Below are positions 15,622-20,000 of a DNA stretch of 20,000 nucleotides, piece after piece. The notes beneath the pieces are model-generated. The model was not told where the DNA came from. It searched no databases and worked only from the letters and a program-made list of their open reading frames with translations. Origin of the DNA: an uncultured virus (IMG/VR IMGVR_UViG_3300017913_002196) (taxonomy: Duplodnaviria; Heunggongvirae; Uroviricota; Caudoviricetes); IMG/VR virus record IMGVR_UViG_3300017913_002196; one strand, written 5' to 3'. Numbering within the stretch: position 1 is the stretch's first letter; the number at the start of each line of letters is the position of its first letter. The position numbers were made by a program, and so were the translations under genes.

Positions 15622-18159
15622 CTAGAGTTCATACTCTGCAGTTGGTGGTGTAAAGTTAGCAGTGTATCTTGCAAGACCTCTAGTAAATCTTAAATCTTGT
15701 ATGTATCCATGGAATTGATTGTTAGATAAATTATATCCGTTAGCACCTATGACAGGCGCGGCAACTCCATGATTATAACCATTTGTATCTGAATACGTAC
15801 CATCACTTACACCATCAGTATACAAAGTTGTTGTTCCATTATTTCTAACTAATGCAATATGATACCAAGTATCTACAGATAAGACACTACCGGTAATTCT
15901 ATTAGCTTGCTGAGCATATAATTTTATTCCAGCGCTAGAGTCATGAGTAATAGTTATATATGCACCGTTAGTGTTTCTAGGTCTAGTATCAAATATTGTC
16001 ATACTATGATCAACTGCATTTAAGCGCATCCAAAATTCTATAGTAAAGTCATCTATTCCTCCTACACCAACTATACCTTTATTGTTATTAGTATTAGTTT
16101 CATTTTCCCCAATAATATAATCACCATTTCCATCAAAATAAATTGCAGAAGACGTTGTAAATTTTCTTTCTGTAGTTGAAGCTATAACATTACCAACAGT
16201 TCTAAAAGTGATACTACCGGTAGCATCATAGATATTAGTATCACTTTTATTGTTCATAATAAAAACAGTATTAGTATCAAAAGTAACAGGTTCTGTAGGA
16301 ACATCAATATAATCTCCTACTGTGTAAAGAGCTGTACCTTTAGTAATCTTTACATCAGCTATATAACCGTCAACATAGTTATTAACACCTCTATTAACTC
16401 CTATTTGTATATTGTCATCTGTAGAATAGTTTACTGTATCTGCAATATCACTTACCGCTCTAATACCATTGACCCACATTTGTGACACTGATGATTTTCT
16501 CTGTACTACAACATGATGCCATGCATCTCTTACGCCTAGTCCAGTAGTAGAATCTTGATTTCCTGTCCCTCTAGCATATCTAAATTTATCACTAGAGTAA
16601 TAAATTTGCCACGTATTTCCTGATGAACCTGCATCAGTGGAGCTTATAAAAGGATCGTTGGCAGCACTAGGATTTGTTTCTGGTCTCCACCATAATTCAA
16701 CAGTAAAGTCTCCAGTACCAAAATTGCCTATACCTGTGCCTGCAGCTGTTTTTACATAGTCTCCGTCACCATCCATGTATAAAGAACCACCGTTAGTGCC
16801 CGGTATCCAAGGTTCATAATTATATGGCCCAAACGGGTATGTATTAGGAAAACTATTATTTGCTAGGGCAATTCTATTTGTTGATTTATCAATGTGACAT
16901 GGTGCACCACATCCTAAAAATTGAGTATTAGTTATTGCTGTTAATGGTTCTGTTGGAGGGGTAAATGCACCAGTATATACAGCTGAGCCTATGACTACTC
17001 TTAAATCTCGTATGTAGCCTGTGTAGTATGCACCGTTACCTCCACCATTTCTAAAACCATAACCAATTCTCAATCTCGGGTTAGCATCAGTATAACCACC
17101 ACTAATAGCGAGACTTGATTGCTCGACCCCATCTACATATGATTTTAATGTACCTCCATTTCTTACAATGGCAATGTGATACCATGTTCTATTACTTACG
17201 GATGATACTAAAGTTTCCGCTGATTCTAAATTCCAAGTTGAATTATCTGATGATGAATAGAAAGTAAGGTTACCGCTAGCAACGTAAATTAGTAACGGAC
17301 CTCTTAATACATCAGATGGAGCAAGTTCCAGTACAGTGCTTGTATTATACCAGTTTGTAGAGTATACCCAACACTCAACTGTCCAATCATCGCTTCCAAA
17401 CTTTAAGTTAGCATTATTATCTGTTTCTAATCTATCATCTGTACCATCAAACCATGTACTATAACCACCTGAACGATATGGTGATAAGGATGAAGATTGC
17501 GTTGAGCCGGCTCTTGTAAATAGTATCCCATCTGAATTTTCAGAATCTAGATAGACTAGGTCACCGTTGGCTATATTATTACCTGTAGCTCTCATTAACA
17601 TAGTAGTGTAAGCAGAATTATCTATTATATTACTAAATGATAATGTGAATGATGAAACCGCATCTGTTTGATTAACACCATCTGAAGCTCTAAATGTAAC
17701 ACTACCCGTATTGGATGCTGATGGCACTCCGTTTTCACTGTCAGGTGTTACAGTAAAAATTCTACCATTATCAGAATCTTTTGTTATTGTTGCAAAAGTG
17801 TCAAAATCACTATCTGTAATAGCGGTGAATGTTATTGGCAATCCTTCAGAATCAACTGCATTAATAGTAATAGTTGTAGCAGTACCATCATTATTAAGTT
17901 CATATGAACCTGCAGGTGAAGTTGTGTAATAAGGTGAAGTGTTAATAAGAGCAATATTATACCAACCAGAACCTGACCATAGGTATAATCTATTAGTTGC
18001 TGTTACGTAGCCTTGGTCTCCTTGGGTGTTACCGCTTACAGGTAGATCATCTGTACTTGACACCACAATCATTTCTGTTAGATCAGCAGTCACGTAATTT
18101 TTATTGATTGTATTATTATCGTTAATACTTCTAGATAAAGCTCTGGATTTACTTGTCAT
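15622..18159 (-). CDS. Multi-LamG (concanavalin A-like) fibre / putative receptor-binding protein (845 aa)
   Basis: Three modules of the form (F/M)DG.GDY...FT(V/I)E.W...W(Y/H)HIA.VR.....YVDG...GYI.DLR...YT..FTPPT. N-terminal DLP.SGN..GD...V....LY.W.G.GW motif followed by an Ig-like segment. Confidence 0.88.
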   Translation of the reverse strand: MTSKSRALSRSINDNNTINKNYVTADLTEMIVVSSTDDLPVSGNTQGDQGYVTATNRLYLWSGSGWYNIALINTSPYYTTSPAGSYELNNDGTATTITINAVDSEGLPITFTAITDSDFDTFATITKDSDNGRIFTVTPDSENGVPSASNTGSVTFRASDGVNQTDAVSSFTLSFSNIIDNSAYTTMLMRATGNNIANGDLVYLDSENSDGILFTRAGSTQSSSLSPYRSGGYSTWFDGTDDRLETDNNANLKFGSDDWTVECWVYSTNWYNTSTVLELAPSDVLRGPLLIYVASGNLTFYSSSDNSTWNLESAETLVSSVSNRTWYHIAIVRNGGTLKSYVDGVEQSSLAISGGYTDANPRLRIGYGFRNGGGNGAYYTGYIRDLRVVIGSAVYTGAFTPPTEPLTAITNTQFLGCGAPCHIDKSTNRIALANNSFPNTYPFGPYNYEPWIPGTNGGSLYMDGDGDYVKTAAGTGIGNFGTGDFTVELWWRPETNPSAANDPFISSTDAGSSGNTWQIYYSSDKFRYARGTGNQDSTTGLGVRDAWHHVVVQRKSSVSQMWVNGIRAVSDIADTVNYSTDDNIQIGVNRGVNNYVDGYIADVKITKGTALYTVGDYIDVPTEPVTFDTNTVFIMNNKSDTNIYDATGSITFRTVGNVIASTTERKFTTSSAIYFDGNGDYIIGENETNTNNNKGIVGVGGIDDFTIEFWMRLNAVDHSMTIFDTRPRNTNGAYITITHDSSAGIKLYAQQANRITGSVLSVDTWYHIALVRNNGTTTLYTDGVSDGTYSDTNGYNHGVAAPVIGANGYNLSNNQFHGYIQDLRFTRGLARYTANFTPPTAEYEL

Positions 18160-20000
18160 AGTTCGAACTCTGCTGCTGGTGGTGTAAAGTTTTCAGTGTA
18201 TCTTGCCAATCCATTAGTAATCATGAAATCTTGTATGTATCCATTTAAATCATATATATATGATCCACTTTTACCTAAAGCACCAATATTTAAGTCGTCA
18301 GATGGAAACTGTACTGCAGACGAAGAGGTACCCATAGATGTTCCTGTGCCATTTATATAAGAACTAAAATCAGTTCCGTTTCTTACTAAAGCAATATGAT
18401 TCCACTGATCGTCAATTAAAGTAGTAGTTGTGTTTGTTACATTATTAAGTATATCCCAAGAACTACCGTTGCTTGTTGCTGCAGCAACAAGCTGTCTTGA
18501 TGCATTTACATATACCGCCAACCATTTGAATTCACTACCAGTATCATTTCTTTTTGCAAATAGTCCATTATTAGCAACATTAGCACTCCAATCATCACTC
18601 CAAACCCACATTTCAATAGTAAAATCATTAGTTGCTAAATCCATTGCTTGCGAAGATGGAACATCTATTCTATCTCCAGTGCCATCAAAGTAAACCGCTG
18701 ATGATGTAGTAAACTTTCTTTGTGTAGTAGATGATGTAGTATTTGCTTGTAATATAAATGTATTTGCTCCGGATGCATCATAAACATTTACATCTGATTT
18801 GTTTTGCATTAACACTTCTGTATTTGTAATATGACTTAATGGTGCAGTTGGTGGAGTAAAATTCGCTGTATATACAACACTTCCTGGAGTGTATCTAAAG
18901 TCTGCAACGTAAGCTTTTAAATCATAATTATTAGTATTGTATGCACCTATACGGACTCTATTAGACGCTGCAGGTGTATATGTATGCGAACCTGCAAGTC
19001 TTCCATTTATATACCCTTTGGTTGTTGTACTGCTTCTTGTGACCGCAACATGATTCCAAGTATTAAGAGTAAGAGCTTCCTCTGTAAATGAAGCTTGTGC
19101 TTGCGCACCGTTATCGACTCTTATATTTGATCCTGATGCACCTCCGTACCAAATGTTTGTACCTTGTGTTGAACCACTATTAAAGTGCACTATTGTTTGT
19201 TGATCTGTAAGATTATCCCATGGTCTTACCCAAAATTCTACAGTATAATTTCCAACGACAGTAGTTAAATTACTAGCAGAAACAATGCTTGTGTTATCGC
19301 CATCAAAGTAAACAGAACCAATATCACTATCTGCCCATGTAGAGAAATCATATGGGCCAAATGGATATGTAGCTGGTGTATTAGTAACCGTAATACCAAA
19401 CCCATTAGTAGAACCGTCTATAAAGTTTGGAGCATGACACACTAAAAGCTTGGTATTTGCTACTGGTACTAATGCTTCTGTTGGAGGTGTGAAGGCCGCG
19501 GTATATACTGCAGTTCCTACTGTATATCTTAAATCTCTAATATATCCATTATAGTAACGACCATAATATCCATCTCTACCAATTGTGTATGCACCGTTAA
19601 TGTCAGCACAAGTTGCTGATGAAGTACCAGTTCCTCTACTTACTCCATCAACATAGATAGTAAATGCACTACTATTTCTAACAAGAGCAATATGATGCCA
19701 TTGACCATCACAAACATCAACTCCAGAAGTATTGACTAAAGGAGTTGATGTGCTATAATTTGCAAAGTAAAATGCAACGTCACCTGCAGAAGCACTTGCT
19801 CTGTTGAGCATCAATGTCCACATTCCAGAAGCAAAAGAATTAGGAGTTCTTGCTATTAAAGTATCATATCTATCTTCGTTTGTGGTATTAATCCACATTT
19901 CAATGGTGAAATTACTGTTACCTAATTCAAATGCTGAGTTATCACCAACAGAGAGATAACCCGAGCCATCAAAGTAAGTACTGTATCCTCCAGCTCGATA
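18156..20000 (-). CDS. Multi-LamG fibre protein, paralogue of the downstream gene (5' end outside the window)
   Basis: Frame is open to base 20000 (YRAGGYSTYFDGSGYLSVGDNSAFELGNSNFTIEMW...). Three LamG modules and the same C-terminus type (GLARYTENFTPPAAEFEL). ATGA overlap with the next gene. Confidence 0.88.
   Translation of the reverse strand, partial: YRAGGYSTYFDGSGYLSVGDNSAFELGNSNFTIEMWINTTNEDRYDTLIARTPNSFASGMWTLMLNRASASAGDVAFYFANYSTSTPLVNTSGVDVCDGQWHHIALVRNSSAFTIYVDGVSRGTGTSSATCADINGAYTIGRDGYYGRYYNGYIRDLRYTVGTAVYTAAFTPPTEALVPVANTKLLVCHAPNFIDGSTNGFGITVTNTPATYPFGPYDFSTWADSDIGSVYFDGDNTSIVSASNLTTVVGNYTVEFWVRPWDNLTDQQTIVHFNSGSTQGTNIWYGGASGSNIRVDNGAQAQASFTEEALTLNTWNHVAVTRSSTTTKGYINGRLAGSHTYTPAASNRVRIGAYNTNNYDLKAYVADFRYTPGSVVYTANFTPPTAPLSHITNTEVLMQNKSDVNVYDASGANTFILQANTTSSTTQRKFTTSSAVYFDGTGDRIDVPSSQAMDLATNDFTIEMWVWSDDWSANVANNGLFAKRNDTGSEFKWLAVYVNASRQLVAAATSNGSSWDILNNVTNTTTTLIDDQWNHIALVRNGTDFSSYINGTGTSMGTSSSAVQFPSDDLNIGALGKSGSYIYDLNGYIQDFMITNGLARYTENFTPPAAEFEL

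Noticed and set aside
15622..18245. Similar 3' ends of the two LamG genes as a possible DGR template/variable repeat pair
   Set aside because: Differences are not adenine-specific, both copies are coding ends of paralogues, and no reverse transcriptase is in the window.
1487..18693. Numerous 60-97 aa plus-strand ORFs in the track (e.g. 2047-2340, 4750-4992, 6049-6300, 12246-12497, 13695-13970)
   Set aside because: They are antisense shadows of well-supported minus-strand genes, Ser/Leu/Phe-rich, with no motifs or SD sites.
1..20000. Alternative genetic code or stop-codon reassignment
   Set aside because: Conserved genes are full-length under the standard code, and TAA, TAG and TGA all occur at plausible gene ends.

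Overview
AT-rich window from a T4-like (Tevenvirinae/Kyanoviridae-type) myovirus, probably aquatic, covering most of the virion morphogenesis module. The minus strand, read from 20000 down, carries: two paralogous multi-LamG fibre proteins; a 440-aa coiled-coil protein; tail sheath (gp18); tail tube (gp19); portal (gp20); an enlarged and displaced neck protein (gp13); a 54-aa gp67-like ORF absent from the ORF track; a gp68-like core protein; a small beta protein; prohead protease (gp21); a very long scaffold (gp22); major capsid (gp23); a gp3-like tail terminator; two small basic putative head proteins; and a small fibre-type domain. A 5'-truncated phoH converges from the plus strand onto a bidirectional terminator. 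Seven T4-late-type promoter motifs (T/A)ATAAATA precede genes. The most unusual signal is the tripeptide Asp-Ser-Asp (sometimes Asp-Ser-Glu), heavily reiterated in unrelated, probably surface-exposed neck and tail proteins. It occurs 13+2 times in a gp13 insertion, 14+3 times (largely in heptad register) in the coiled-coil protein, 4 times in the variable part of the sheath and several times in the LamG fibre. It is absent from capsid, portal, tube and protease. This suggests an undescribed virion-surface modification or ion-binding system; the function is inference only.
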